From the NCBI GenBank assembly GCA_051294905.1, contig CM119377.1, positions 3,844,001 to 3,908,000 on the forward strand: a DNA stretch of 64,000 nucleotides. The letters run 5' to 3'. Every line of letters begins with the position of its first letter. Position 1 is the stretch's first letter. Origin of the DNA: Botryllus schlosseri (Eukaryota). Below are positions 47,901 through 62,900 of this stretch, in pieces. A program made the translations under genes and the position numbers. The notes under the pieces are model-generated. The model worked only from the letters and a program-made list of their open reading frames with translations. It was not told the origin of the DNA and did no database searches.

Positions 47901-50900
47901 TGACTCGATTTGACTCGAATCATTTTACCAAATGCCTAAAATGACTCGACTTGAGTCAATTTGTGTATCGACTCAACTTGCACTTGAGTCATTAGGCGTG
48001 ACTCGAACCAAGTCTTGAGACTAGGACGGCCAAGACAGGACATTTCATTGTAACTTCAAAGATTGGTATTTCATCTATCAGCGCTGATACTTGGAAAATA
48101 TAGGGCCGGAACTGTTAGGATTTAGGAAGATTACGTCATTATAAATGTGAGACATTCTGTATCACTCGAGCAGAGTTAAAAAAATTGGGTTGACCAGGAT
48201 TGAACTCAAAACTGAACAGTGTACGCAATGACTTGGACTCGGACCTGACTCGGTGGTGAATTGAAAATGACTCGACTTGACTCGAGTCAATACTATAGAA
48301 GTGAGATTGACTTGTGACTTGGTTACAACCCTGCAATTGGTAAATTATGGGGATGGTGACATGCTTTTTGTCAGTACCATTAATGAGACTCTCGGGGGCT
48401 ACAAAACTTCAATCCTACAATTGAGTAAATTCTTATTGAAATAAACCTGATTTCAGCTGACACTCGTCAGGCTCAGGTGTACTACTGTTGATATCCAAAG
48501 TTCTTTTCAAATGTCTACCAGTTGCTGACGATTACCTCTGACGAGTGTCAGCCGAAAACGTTTGGATTTAGTATATTATTAACTTGTTATTGTTGAGCCT
48601 TGACAATCCTACGCTTGATACAGTCTGATTCCGTTTTACAGAGTTTGACGGGGAAAACAAAAGCACGTATTTCCTGGCTCGCGACCAGTCAGACGCGCAG
48701 GCTTGGGTGGAAGCGTTGGAGAATGCCAGTTACGCAAAACTAAAGCAGAGATACGAACTACTCATGAAGCGGCAAAGTGAATCGCGTAAAGAGGTAGGTA
48801 CCTGACTTGGACAACTAGGTAATTCTAGTTCTTTAATTGTAATCTAATTTGTGAAATGTTTCTATGCTCTGATTTTTAATTCAAATCTAATTTCTGGCAC
48901 ATTGAAATTGTCCACCTTTTAACCCGCATTTCATGGCCATGCACATTGTTTTGGTTTCCAGAGCATTGCTCTACTTATGTCAATATCGCATTGTCTGTAT
49001 TTTAGAACTTTAGATGATGTCATCTTATTATTATGTAATGTAACATACAGTAAGCGTCGTCATTGAGTCAGCTCTCATCGCAACGTTACTAGTTGTAGTG
49101 AAAGGAATCATTGGCGGCTGCATGTTGTTGCATTTATATCTCACGAACATAGCTTGTTGCATAATCCAAAATTGTGGGAACATGAGAATATCTTTGTTAA
49201 CTCTCTTGTCTTGATAACCACAGTTAATCACAATTGTAATCGAACTTTTTGAGATTATTACAGAAATTAGCAGAAAGAACAGGAGTTTGAGATCTGAGCA
49301 AAATTATCAATCAAGTTTGGTTTAAATGATGTGCTTTCTGACAATCATGTATGCGTCTTCTATGGTCTGCTGCGGATTGTGTATTGAAACGATGAATTCC
49401 CTCTCTCTAAAATGTGCATAAACATATTGATTGTTGCTGTTAGGCTGCTGACTGTAAGCCATGTCTTGTTTAACTTCTTCCTGGTTGCAGTTGTACTACT
49501 TTGGGATGTAGGAAGTGATTCAAAGCATTGCCCAAGAAATATGGTGGCCGCTTCGTAGTATGATTACGTGAATAGGAAAAGAACCGTGTTGATTGGTGGA
49601 ACGTACCTTTCTCTTTGCTTGTCACTCCAATCACCAAGATGATCAGGAAATACATACTGATGACTGAACAGGAAGTGAACTCTAATGCTCATGTTTACTT
49701 CCAGTTTTCCAATTGCAGAGACCAATTTTCGTACCATCGGTTTGTAGTTGGGTGCTTTGTGATCTTGAAAAAAAAAGGTTTTCTTTACTACATCCTAGAA
49801 GTAATTGCACGCAGTGAGCTCTTATCTTGATATGAAGTTGGAATCTTCCATCCGTATTCGAATCTGAGGTCCGTCAAAGATACCAGCTTCAAGCTTCTCG
49901 TTTGATATTGATACCAGGTATACCTACGGAACTTTGTTGGCTCAGCAGAAAATTTTCCATTTACAAGTCAAAAGAGATGAGATGATGTAGTTAGGACAAA
50001 TTGAATAGCTTTACACTCATCATTCATCTTGGTTGAATGACTAATTGGTACAGGAGAAAATATACCGTAAACCGGGGTAACTTTGGACTTGAGGGTAACT
50101 TTGGACACTAAGCAGTAAAAGATTTAAATGGTTATTGATGGAAAAGGGTTGCCGCTGGATATCCAATTCTTTTTCATGAGGCAAGTAGCCTCCATTGAAG
50201 GTGGATTCATTTCACTACCAGATAAACTTGACCCAACATTGATAAATTAATGGCAGGCGTCAATTTCATCAAAATTGATGGTCATTAAACTTCTTAGAAC
50301 AAAACATAGATAGCATGTGATTCATAGATTCAAAACTTGGCAGCAGATACCTCTCAGTAGTCTTAATCCGTGGCAAAAATCTCAGTGGGCTCACCCTTAG
50401 ATCAATACAAGAAAATGTGATGTCCAAAGTTACCCCGTCAAATTTTATCAGAACGGGGTAACTTTGGACAGTGAAAAATGTGATATTTAGAGCTCTGGAA
50501 AGTGGCTGCTTCATCTGTGTCAAAGTGTATCGTCCACTATATTCCTTATGACCGGCCTGATGGCTTCTTAAAATGGAATGAGAAGGTTAATAAATTAAGA
50601 GCTTGCCAAAATATGAAAAAATGGGTAGGCAATTAGCTGAGAGATTGTAATCGGGTGTAAGCTACTTCAAAAACTTATCACATACTCCTAAAGATGCGCC
50701 TGCTGAATATGGGATATCGTAAATTACGACAAATATATTCGTTTGAGGACATAAGAAAGGGAAAGTGTATCTTTTAAAGAACAGTAATATATGGTATTTG
50801 AAATCGGCATTAAATCACGGTAACATGCTTAATGTTTGCTGTCGATTGCTGACACTGCCAGTGGGATACCCCTTATCACCATATGTTATTTATAAGTTCC

Positions 50901-53900
50901 AAGTGGTGAAGGCATGAGGGAAAATTGAGATAAGGGATGAATAAGGGGGCATTAGCCTTCATAAACTAGACCTACCTAACTTTTTTTTTGGGGGGGGGGA
51001 TTAGGTAAAAATCATGCAATAGGCCAGACATATACTATTTTGTTTCAGTTTTAGCCACTGCTCTCATCAACTCTACCAAATAAGCCTCATTTACGAGCTT
51101 TCATAAACAATAGAGTGTGAAGGCACACAGAAAACTACATTGTCCAAAGTTACCCCACATACAGGGGTAACTTTGGACACGGATAATACACAAAAATTAG
51201 GTACTTATTTATGACCATGAAGATTTTGGATTAGGTAATTCTAAACTTTGCTCCGTGACCCCTGAAAAACACAAAACTTGCCTCCCCTACACCCTAGCAT
51301 TTCTGAGATACAAAGCGGAATTGTTGAAGATTGTCCAAAGTTACCCCGGTTTACGGTATTTCTGTTGTGCAAAAGTAAGCAAAGGTCTTGCATCAGGTCA
51401 TGTTAATATTGATTGAATAACTGAGGACAACATGCGGGTTCTTCATAGTCAATTAACTATCTATGCGCAGAACAAAAGTGAAAAAATCTACGATTTACTT
51501 CCTACCAAGCGACATATTTATAGGGGTTGAATACAGTAATTTAAGGGGTGTGGGTATCTTCTAAACTGGAGTCAATCTGGCAAAACTAATGTTATATTCG
51601 CAAGCAGCAACCTTGAAAAGCCCAGAAGCCACTCTTAGACGTTCTGCCAATTTTTTTTCTTCATTTTGTTGACCAGGGTAATAGTAGTATGCGTTACCTT
51701 GATTCTGCAATGCCTGCCATTGCGCATAGAAATTTGGTGCTTATTTTATTGTCATTCTATTTTTTGTTGTGGAATGGTAGCAGTGTAATGCAATTTGCGA
51801 CACCCTATCCTACAAAGTGTTCTGCCATAAATAATTGAAAACTACCAATATGTAGGCTTAAGTCTGCGGGTAGCCTACATTCTTTTAATAATTGTAAAAA
51901 TATAAGTACGCTGTGTCTGCCCGTCTACTCCTGACATATGATCTTCATAGAATCTAATGAATACATACTTTATGCAGTGTTTTGTATAAAATGAGATATA
52001 AAATGTGATACCGGTATAATAGGAAAAAGAATGAAATAGAAAATCAATCCAGATTAACCTAATGCAGAAAATATATATATCAGTGGTTCTCACCGCCGGT
52101 CCATGGAAACTTTTTTATCGGTTCGCCTTATTATAATTTTCTATCTCAATTCCAAAATGTAATTAAATGTATGGTTAATTTTTGTTTTTGAAGGTTCACC
52201 GGTCCACGAGGTCACAAAGGTTGAGAACCACTAATATGTATCATAAAGAATGCAATAATACATACATAAGTCACGTCGATTATTGCGTGTATGTATACGA
52301 GGAATAAATAAAGAGGGTGCAAATGTATATGAGGAATTGGCACAGTATTTACTCAATGAATGGTAATTAGTAGGGCAATTTTTGCAACTTTTTTACAGCT
52401 TCTGGCAGCTTCCTAAATGCTCAGAAGTTATGTAGTATGGTGTTTTAAGCTGTTTGAAGGAATCTTATGTTGCAACTTTTTGCAACTTTTCTCCATTTTT
52501 TCATGCAACTTTTTACAGCTTTTTCGATTTTTCCTGGAACTTTTTGCAACTTTTTTCGATTTTTCATGAAATTTTTTCCAACTTTTTTCGATTTTTCATG
52601 CAACCAACTTTTTAGTGAAAGTATTTGGCGCTATATGTAAATAGATCACTTGATTATTTCACAGTCGTTTAAATTTTAGGTCCTTTCTGAATTGACGTAC
52701 ATTCAGGCTAGACCGTCGAAAATTATATTTTCACTGGGTCGATTTTTTCAGGCTACTGAGTTTAGTTTTGCTACGGTGTCTTGAATACAATCGAGCATCT
52801 CATACCCTAATAATCTCGAGGAACTTGTCCAAAAATGCAAATGTTTAGCGAAACTTATGTGAAAAATAAATGCAACTATTTACTGCAAATTTTGTGAAAA
52901 ATATATGCCACTTTTCACAGATTTGATTGCAACAAAAACTGGCCCTAGTAATTCGAGAAGGAAATCCCGTCCGCCTTGTTTTCCAGGGAGATACCGTGAC
53001 TGAGAACAACGCCCCGTCGCACGCCACGTTAGAGTTGCCCCTTCGTGAAACCAGATCTGCCAACGTGAGTTTTGTAACTGTTCCTCATCCCTTGTCGTGT
53101 GTGGCCTTATTCACTTCATGAACGCACGAACACATGCTCATGTTGAAGAGCTCGCCAATGCTGCCTCGTAGGAAACAGCAGCCCGCGGAACTCAACGTTG
53201 CGCTTACCGACGCGGAGGACGACAGGAGAGTGACCAAAAAGAAAACTAAAAAGAGACATAAGTCGAGATGCGTGTTGAGTTCTGTAAGCTGCGAATGAAT
53301 GTGCATGTGCGGACAATGTTGAGTTTTGATAACGATAATTTCCTGTTTGCTTTCGCGTTGTTTTGCTGATGATAAAATCCCGTGGGTTTTGTTATGTCTA
53401 GTATTCAGAGGTGGTCAGTAACGAATGAAGTTTTGAATTTATCATAAAAAAATGAAAAATAAATTTTAAAAATTGTTCTGTGACTTCTGTCAACCACATA
53501 AAATTGTTAGGCTGTCAATAGAGTTGATGCATACCAAATTTGGCTCAATTCCAACCACTAGAAGCGAAGTTATTGCAGTACTGTGATCATCGGTCTAATG
53601 TGAAATGACCATAGATATCGATATACCACAAACTTTACAAACAATGGGTATAAGCTACCCTGCGTGCAAAATTCAGCAAGATGACGATTGGTAATCAAAT
53701 TACATCATGTTATTGTTCTACCCGGTGCTGATGCTGGTGACTGTCACGCCCAAATTGCCCAGGTGATGACCTTTTGTTTAGTAACCACCTTCCCAAATGC
53801 TACTATATGTGGGTGAGTTGGTGTTCAAACGGAATTGACAGTAAAGACCCCGGTTTGATTCTTGGCATTTTGCGGTTCATCTGAGATTCTCCTCCCCGAC

Positions 53901-56900
53901 GTCGCTGTGCTTACATCGTGCTTGCGGAATAGGCCAAGATGAAGCCCCGGCCAAGGACAAATTCAAAGAAGAGAATGAAAAGAGCGAATTTGCAAATATT
54001 ATTTGTATAAGGTTATCATTCAGTGATAATTTTACTGCTTCTATATGGTTAGTAATGGTACATACAAATCTCATTTCATTTAGTATTGACAAAAAAATTT
54101 GCGACTCCGACTCATAGAAGGGTTAATTTAGCTAAACTCCGACTCCACATCCCTGGTTGCAACGCTGACTACTTTGACCACCTCTGCTCATGTTAACCGG
54201 GCCTTTTGAAGCTATCATATCAGCATTGCCGTTTTTAGTAATGTGTAGCAGATTTTCTAATGAGACTTGGTTACCTGGGGAGCAATCATTTTTTCATTTT
54301 GAATAAACTTTATGTAGCTATAAGCTAACCAATATTGCCTATTAGCGAATTATATTTTCTCGTCACAGAGCCAGTTAAATTAACCCATGGAGCATCTTAC
54401 AAAGCCTGTTATGTTCTGTTTAAAAAAGATGTGAACATAACACTACACCTTTTAGAATGTCTTGATGTAATACAGCTGCATCAGATTTCGTTGTTGAATA
54501 ATCCAATTTATTACCGGTATCTTTGGTCGAATGTAAGGTTTTGTATGCAAGGTTTCCAGCGCGAGTAAATTTGGAGGTACCTGCTGAAAGATATGACTTC
54601 CAGAACCATTACGTCACACCAGTGAAAGTCCATGTTTTGAAATTGATCTTTCTCCAGCGTTAATCATGCCACTGTATTTTTTCGTTCTTGAAATGTCTCA
54701 TTTACTGGGAAGTCGTCATATTTTTTGTACTTTCTGCGACTTATCATTTTATAATCTCGCGGTGGGCAGCACTATATTATTTTAGTAGTATTTGTAGCAA
54801 TGCAATGCTCGATCATTCTGCTTAGTCACACTTGTCTTACATCTGTATCATGCTGTATCGATGCAACAAAAATGTATTTCAACAAGTTACAAGTTTTAAC
54901 GAAGATTATTTTCAATTGCATCCCCTTTTCAATATTATTTTGCACTACAGTCAGTGTCGCTGTAGCTGTTTTCAAATTTGAGACACTTTTTGGCATGGAA
55001 TTTTGAAACCTAGTGAGTAGTTTTTGCAGAGATTTGTATTGAGTGGAATGAAATTGCCACAGGCCCACAGCCTGTATCATGGTCGTGGAAAAGTGTTTTG
55101 AAATCAGAACTTTTTTGTACTCTAATGCTACCATGGAGATGCTTTTAAAAGTGTTGGAAACTATTTCGCATTCTGCTTTTAAATTCGCTTTCAAAGACTC
55201 TAGAGCCAGTTATGCAGCATGATATATTTGACGTTTATGTGTACAAATGTGAAATATGTAACACATACAGTAGGGTTGTTTAAAAATGACTATTTTTTAA
55301 GCATTCCGGGGATTCACTGATTGAAATGTTAGATTGCCTAAAAACGCTGCACACCAAATTCGGCTCAATTCCAACCAGTAGAAGCCGAATATGAACTAAT
55401 TGAAATTTTCGAATTTATTATAAAAAAATTTAAATGTTTTTTCTAAATTTTACTGTCAGCCCCATGGAATTGTTTGAGTTGTCTACAAAAACGATGCAAA
55501 ACTAATTTGACGCAATTCCAACCAGTAGAAGCGAAGTTATCTGAGTTTTTCATTAATAATTCTGGGTTTACCCACACCCACCATCGATGCTGTTTTTGCA
55601 AATCCAAATCTTTCAACTGCAAAACTTCGCTTCTAAATTGGTATGCATCGTTCTTTTAGTGATCTTTACAATATCATGGGGTTGACTGTAAAATATGAAA
55701 TTAAAAAAAAATTTTGTTGTTGGTGAATTCAAACATTTCAATTGGCTCTGCATCGGCTTCTACTGGTATTAATTGAGTCATATTTTGTATGCAGTTTTTT
55801 TTAGACAACATAACACTTCAATCAGTGAATACCTGAAATCGTAAAAAAAGATATTTTTGAACAACCCTAACATACAGGTACAGTCACACATGATGTAGGC
55901 ATCATGATGTTATCTTGCTATGCAAACTTGCCTGTCTTCCTGAAAAGGATGTAATACAATGCTCAATTATTTCTTTGCATGATTATGTGTGTATTAACTT
56001 TCCGGCGAAATTATATATAAGCTCTATCTGTATCTTTCTACCACATTCTATTTTTTGCAGGACTCAACGTTACCTATTCTCGAAATCTCGTTCTCTTGTT
56101 CCGATCTGGACATTCCAAAGGCAATAGATAACAAAAGACTACTCCATATTGGAGGTGCGGATTCCTAACTGCTTTTTTATCAAATAGTTTAACCTGCTTC
56201 GTAAGTTTTGCGACGAATCTCTGTGAAATTCGGATGCTTTCTTAATTATTCGATCAAAACACTTTCGTTATCGCTAGGTACCTGAGTAGCCTACCTGATT
56301 TGACTCAAAATAGAGTGTAAAACGTCAAGTCAAGTATTGGAATGTCACTCATTATAACATCAGAAGAATAGGGATGCTGTGGAAAGTTTAAATACCTTCC
56401 TTTTCATACGGCCACAGAGAAACCAATGCCAGTTTTACACCGTATTAGATATTATTGATATTTTTGACCATACCTATTTCATTATGATCGATGACGATGC
56501 TATGGGTGTGTGGGTTGATCACGACTTCAGAGAAATGCAATTTGCAGTAATGTGAGTTGCTTTGTAATATTTTGTCTATTGGTACTGGTACTTGAAAATG
56601 CGACCAGAAACTGCTAAAAGTGAGGAAGATTAGTATATTATAAATGCAAACCATTCGATATCACTAAGCAGAGTTATAGAAAGGGGGTTTAACAAGACTT
56701 TAACTGAAAACTGAGCAGTCAACACAATGACTTGGACTCGGACTCGAGTCATAATACCATGACTCGGACTCGACCCACTGCTCAATGACTTAGACTCGGA
56801 TTTGACTCGGTGGTGAATCGAAAATGACTCGAGTCAATACTATAATGTGAGATTGACTTGTGACTCGGAGCCTTGTGACTGGGATACAACCCTGGATTCG

Positions 56901-59900
56901 AATACTGGAATCATTGCGCCCAGCCCTTGTCATCAGAGAATTGACTTGTCAAAATTTTTTAATGCAAATTTTTTTCAGTTTGGAAATCCGTGCCTAAATT
57001 GGCATCCCAGGATTCAACGATGTGCCATGCGTTCCAAACCGATCTGGTCAGGGCCGCCACCTCTTTACAGTTCCTTAAAACGTTAAGTTTCTATCGGACG
57101 CACCTTCTCACACCGCACACGCAGTTACAGTTTCACCTATGCCAGTACAAGGAATATCGATCGGTAAGTATTCATGCAGCTGCAATGACAGAATAGTAAA
57201 ATGTCTGATGCATTTCACTAGTTTTCTTGTGTGCCAAGTTTTTTTTTTATAGGAAATCAATCTCCAGAGATCATTTTTTGTATCCTTTGATATTAGATGG
57301 AATCTGTAAATGGTATAGATATATATATTGAAGAATTTGTGTTATTGCAAATCATGCCGGCTTTGATTGTTGCTGAGTATTTTCGTAATCGGTATTAAGT
57401 AACGTATCCTATATCTCATTTCCTACAACAAGCATTGACTGGCTGATATGTCCAGACCTGATCAAAAGTAGTCTGTTTTTATCTAAGAAGTTGAAGTAGA
57501 AGTAATTCTGTGAATGTCTACCCAGTTTTGAGTAGAAGTAGCAAGACATATCAACTTAAAGTTGAAGCACAAAATGAAAGCTCTGCTAAGTACTCTGGAA
57601 GTAGTTTAGAAAAGTACATTTGGCCGAGGAGTCGTATACTTTTAGCAGCTGATCCGTGTTGGCTGCTGTTGAAATTACACGATATGTCTTAGCGACTAAA
57701 GCATTTTGACTAATGTCAGTACAAATATGTAGAATCTTCAAAAATATATTCAGTTGCCGTATTCAGGGTAAAGAATCTATTGCAATGAATTCATTCGATA
57801 TCAACCGGGCCAAAGTTTTTCCTAAATGATTCCTGCGAGTCATGGGAAAAACTCCCAAAATTGCCGTCTGCTGCGAAATCTTCATTTCTGCATCGTTCAA
57901 ATTTCAGTATGTTTCCATCGGCGCCGCGTCATGCAACGTGAGTGACCTTTTTCACCGGACGAATCCACTTTCACTCGGCGTACAGTGAGTATCGGGCGAC
58001 ATGATTTGCTGACTAACGCGATAAGGAACTGACTAATGCAAAATATGCAACATTTGGAATATGAGTAAATGATATATGTGGGATGCTGTGCTGTGATTCA
58101 GCAATGTGGTGAATCGAATTCGCAGCTGGTGCAAAATTGAGTACCTGTGTGATTTCATTTTGAGTCGAGTTTAAACAGAGGTGCTCAAAGTAGACATCGT
58201 TGGTACTCGAGTAGGAGTAACAGCTTGAATTTCCACCTGACCACCTCTGAGCGAACATACTTTACAAGATAGCTTAATGGTGAGGCGTCCAGCTTCTTGA
58301 TCGGTAAGTCGTGGGTTCAATTCCCGGCTGGGTCAGACCGAAGACCTGATTAGTAAGACTGGTATCCATGACTTCCCCCCTTGGCGCTCAGCATTACCGG
58401 GATAGCATGGAGGGGTAGAAGACTTAGAAATTTACAAAAACGTTGTACATGTAGAATATAACAGTCACACTGAGTGTATAATTTAGGTCGCGCCGTTGTA
58501 CAACTTATCCCGACCCTAAAGGCCCCGGCCCCGATATCCAGACAAACATGAATGGTCATTTAAAAATAATAAACATAATTCCAACGTCCGCGTTTACATT
58601 TATATCTCTTGTATTCCTGATGACGAATACGCATGGCCAACGCTGCATCACGACTAAAAGGGAGCAAGAAATATGCAAGTAAAGGCCTTGCTAGCATAGT
58701 CTATGAGCCGTAATTCAATGCATAGGGCTATTATTGATACCATTGAACATAATAAAGCATTCCAATGAAAAACAAGGGTATGGATTTGAAGGTAATATTT
58801 TGGAATCATTTGACTGGTCTTGGCCGCGGACAATCGAAATGTTGGAATCCGCCCCGCGACCCAAGTTGAGTTTGACGCCCCTGCTTTACATACAATTTCT
58901 TTCATACTTTTCTACTCAATTACAAATAGTAGAAGGTAATTTCATGGTATGCGAGCTCTGCTTGAAGAGCAAAACTAATGATCACCAATCGTCGGTGACG
59001 GCCTTTGCAAGATACACTGATAAACCCGTCATAGATGCATACTCCAAATTGCATTCGGTTACCATGATATCATGATCACTGATATCACTGATACAATTCA
59101 ATAGACGGTACGACCTACTACAAAATCTATAATATGAGAGAGAGAGAGAGAGTACTACAAGCGCTCAGAAAAAAAAGTAGAAGTGATTTCTTGCTAAAAA
59201 ATTCCGATACAATCAGATTTTTGGGGGTATTCCATAAGCCACAATCACACTTTATTTACATTCAGGTCAAAGGACCGTGAAATTGGTCGAATCCATCTCA
59301 ACGTCATCAAGGAGACATTATCGCATCAACTCACCAAGGCATCGAACGAAGCTCAACTATCCGCAGTGAGATTCACAACTTTCTATCTTTGATAGCCTAT
59401 CTAAAAAACAGTGTTATCTGGAACTTGGATAATTTAATTCATATTTGTAGCACTATGGAGGCTCCGGTAAATGTAACGTTACGAACCGATTGGTTAGTTT
59501 TATATGACTTGATCAGTCACACTGGGTGGCACTGTTGAGCTATAGTGATTTGTGTGTCCAGCACTGGTATAGCCTTAGTGTGTGAGATATGTTATCTTTG
59601 AGCACGGGCTTATTGTGTACCCTTATAACCGTGTCATACTTATAAAGGATGGAGTCATTTCGGGAATAGTGAGTTGTTGAGCTTGGGGAGAATATTAAAT
59701 TTTTATGGAATGGTGTCGTCATTTTGAAACGACACTCTGGTCCCACTGCATGAATTTTTAATGCTATTTTTTTAGTTTGGTGTTACGTATCTCATGCAAC
59801 GCTGTCTGCCACGTGATAGTGAGAATTGCAGATGTAAATAGATTCAAACACAGGCATTGTGTTAGTGATCTAATTTTCGCTAGGTTTGATAAATTACGGG

Positions 59901-62900
59901 GCTGTCTGTGCGAAAATCTGCTTGCACCACTCATATTGGGTTCGAGTAGTGATGATGTAGTCATTTAATAACGGCATAACCTACGATGCTGAGTCTTATC
60001 GGTACCTGACGTACCAGCAAGCAGATGAAACACTTTACTGCTCGAAAATTCCACTTGCATTGTCGTTTCCGTGTGTCACAGAGTTACATTGAAATGTTAG
60101 TTTTACATTTCCTGATATGAGTAAAGTGTCATGGCTGTCAACTCTTGTCTGACGAAGGTAATTGTTTGTGGTGGGGTTGCGATTATTTTCTGTTCTGTTA
60201 GGTGTCAGCTGTGGGAATCTCAGTTTTTAACTTGTTTGTAATCTCATTATTAGCTCATATGTCAATGTTGTTGTATGCTACCTAATTACAGTAGGAAGGT
60301 ATTCCAAGGCTGATTGGCAATCCTATATGTTAGCTTGATCAATTTATTATTGGAATTAAGATGAGATTTATGTTACTTTTCCATTGCCTTGCTCTATGTG
60401 TGAACTTGGGTCATGGATGTTTTATACCTAAAGTGGACTTGCCTAAACACTCGTCATGATAGCAATCGATTGTCACTAATGAAAGATTGCATTCCAACTT
60501 TCCGCACAGTGTTAGTATTGCCGATATTATTAAGTTGTTCTTATATGTATAAATAGATTTATTTGAGTGTGAAACTGCATTGTGAGAATATGATATTAAC
60601 AGGGACTGAAGTATCGTATGCCTTCACAATACGAAGGCAGCGTAACTGATTTTATTGCGTACCGTAGTGAATATGATCGTAGTGTGTATATGTACAATGG
60701 TACAATGAACTTTCCTACACAAGAGATGAAGCGCTACTAGAGTTTCTTTTAAATTACTATTATTACAAATCATGTGATGTGTTCTAAATGTGGAATGTGC
60801 AGTTGCTGGATCATGACTTCGAGAAATGTAATTGTGCTATCATTGGATTAGCCTTTCCTGCTGTAACATATTTGAGGTCAATTGCTCTGGAACGGAACTT
60901 GAGTCAGACTTTGATCTGATTACAATTAATTCCGATCAGGCATGAATTAATTCTATGCGTCAAAAACCAGTTTCTTTTTGCGCTTTCAATGATATTGGGT
61001 GTCAATGTAACGACCTGATGATATTTTGAAGTGATTGTCAGATTGGTAGTACAGTTTTTTTCAACCAGTAGCCCAAATTTTTGCCAATTAACAGGACAGA
61101 AAATTTTGCTGACCACAGACTGCTTGGCAAGGTGAAGAGATCAATGCATTTAATCGTGGTCAATTTAATGGATTGTTGCCAAACATAAAGTGTTGTTTTC
61201 TTTCAACGTCTTGTCATGATTGTGAAGGCTGGACAGTCCTATGAAAGGTTATTTGTCCAAATACGGTTTATGTCTTTGTATGATATGGTATTGGTAATGT
61301 GTTTAGGGAGTACTGCCTGTCCATTTGTATCTGTAAAGTTGGATGTTCTGCCTGCGCAATGTTGACTGTAGAGATGTAATTTGTACTGATATTATAGCGA
61401 TTTGCTACATTGTTAACATTTTGTCGCAAGGCTAGTTAGTTGACCAATGGGATTTGCTACATTCTGTTGCAAGGCTAGTTAGTTACGGATGAGCAACGAG
61501 TTATCTCTGCTTATTGTAATAGTGCCTATAGTGGGTTTAGTCTTTAGCATACAGAGAGAGCTTTGATGCCTAGCTGGCTAGCAATGTAGCAGATTAAATC
61601 TTAGCATCAAAGTGTGAATGAGAGGAATCTATTATGTGTCACTTTTTCGTGGTACTAGCTCATTTCTTTTTAACTTCGCATTGATTTAATGCTACTTATC
61701 AATATTTTTAATGGTGCCAATTTGAAATTTTGATGGGCTGTCCTTTGTAACTTTATAGTTCATTGTTATACTACGATTCTTTAGATCAGTGTTTTTCAAT
61801 TGGTTTTCTGTAAAGGCTGTCAGGTGTTCTACGAGAAATTTGCTAATTTGAATATATAGTAGACCTATCTCTTGAAATGATCTAATATTTTTGTCGTAAT
61901 GAGTTATAAACCTGTGCAGGGTAACCTACCCCACTTGGTAATAAAATACTCAATGTGAGTAGTTTTTTTCCACTTGCTATCTTGTACACATCCAGACAGG
62001 CCTACATATCATATTGACCAAAACTGATAGGTGTGAATTGTTTCCCATCAGTAAATACGTATGAATGTGAAAGTGATTTTTATAGCTAGCTATCCACCCT
62101 CAATAAATAAGGTCGCTGAGGTTACTAGAACTGTTTGAATAGTGTGCGAAAAAATGAGAAATGTAGCTCATTACCTGTACGTTGTATCCAATTTCCAGAT
62201 ATTGCAGTATTGGTTATGATGGGAGATTAATCATTAGTGAATTCCACAGGCCTTTGGTCTATGAAGAGTTGAAAATCAATATTACATGTCCGGGTTTGGC
62301 TAGTGGAGGGTTCTTAAAGCACTCTACCTTTCTGTTAGGTTTCAATCAATCGCCAATCAAGTGTGTTGAATAGGCTATGAAGTAGTTGATCAGAGAGATC
62401 AGTACAGTGTGACAGACAAATATGTTATTCCTGTAGTACAACGTTTGGTCTCCATGAATGACTTGCTACTTTATTGTTGTTAAATCAAGCATCTATTCAA
62501 TTAATGTGTGGTTACAAGTTACATCTCAGCCTACTACACGGTCCATTGGGACATAATTATTCTCATAGTCCACTGTAGTATAAGGGTCACTGTACAGTAC
62601 GTACAGTACAGTATGGTGCCAGTGACTGTCAGGTTGTCTTTTCTGCCGCAATATACTGGATAGCCATGGTAGGGTACATCTTTATGTTTTGTGGTTCAGA
62701 TTGGAAGGTCAGGTCTGATGATAACTGGTGTCTCATTCTTGATCAAATAAACAGATGGACATCTGTCTGGTTTCATAACAGATGTGTAGTGGTTGTACTT
62801 GTAATTATGAGTCAATGTATTCTTATATTTGTGACTTGTCAGCTGTTTTTCTATACCACGCAATGAGTTCTTTGAATGGGACAAGCGCAATATTGTCGTG

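Noticed and set aside
44962-48793. Stand-alone PLEKHJ1 gene call
   Set aside because: Downstream in-phase exons encode an INPP4-type C2 domain, and the PH sequence fits invertebrate INPP4. Kept only as a possible short isoform.
58268-58345. tRNA gene
   Set aside because: A and B boxes are present, but no convincing acceptor or anticodon stems; it continues into a SINE-like body.
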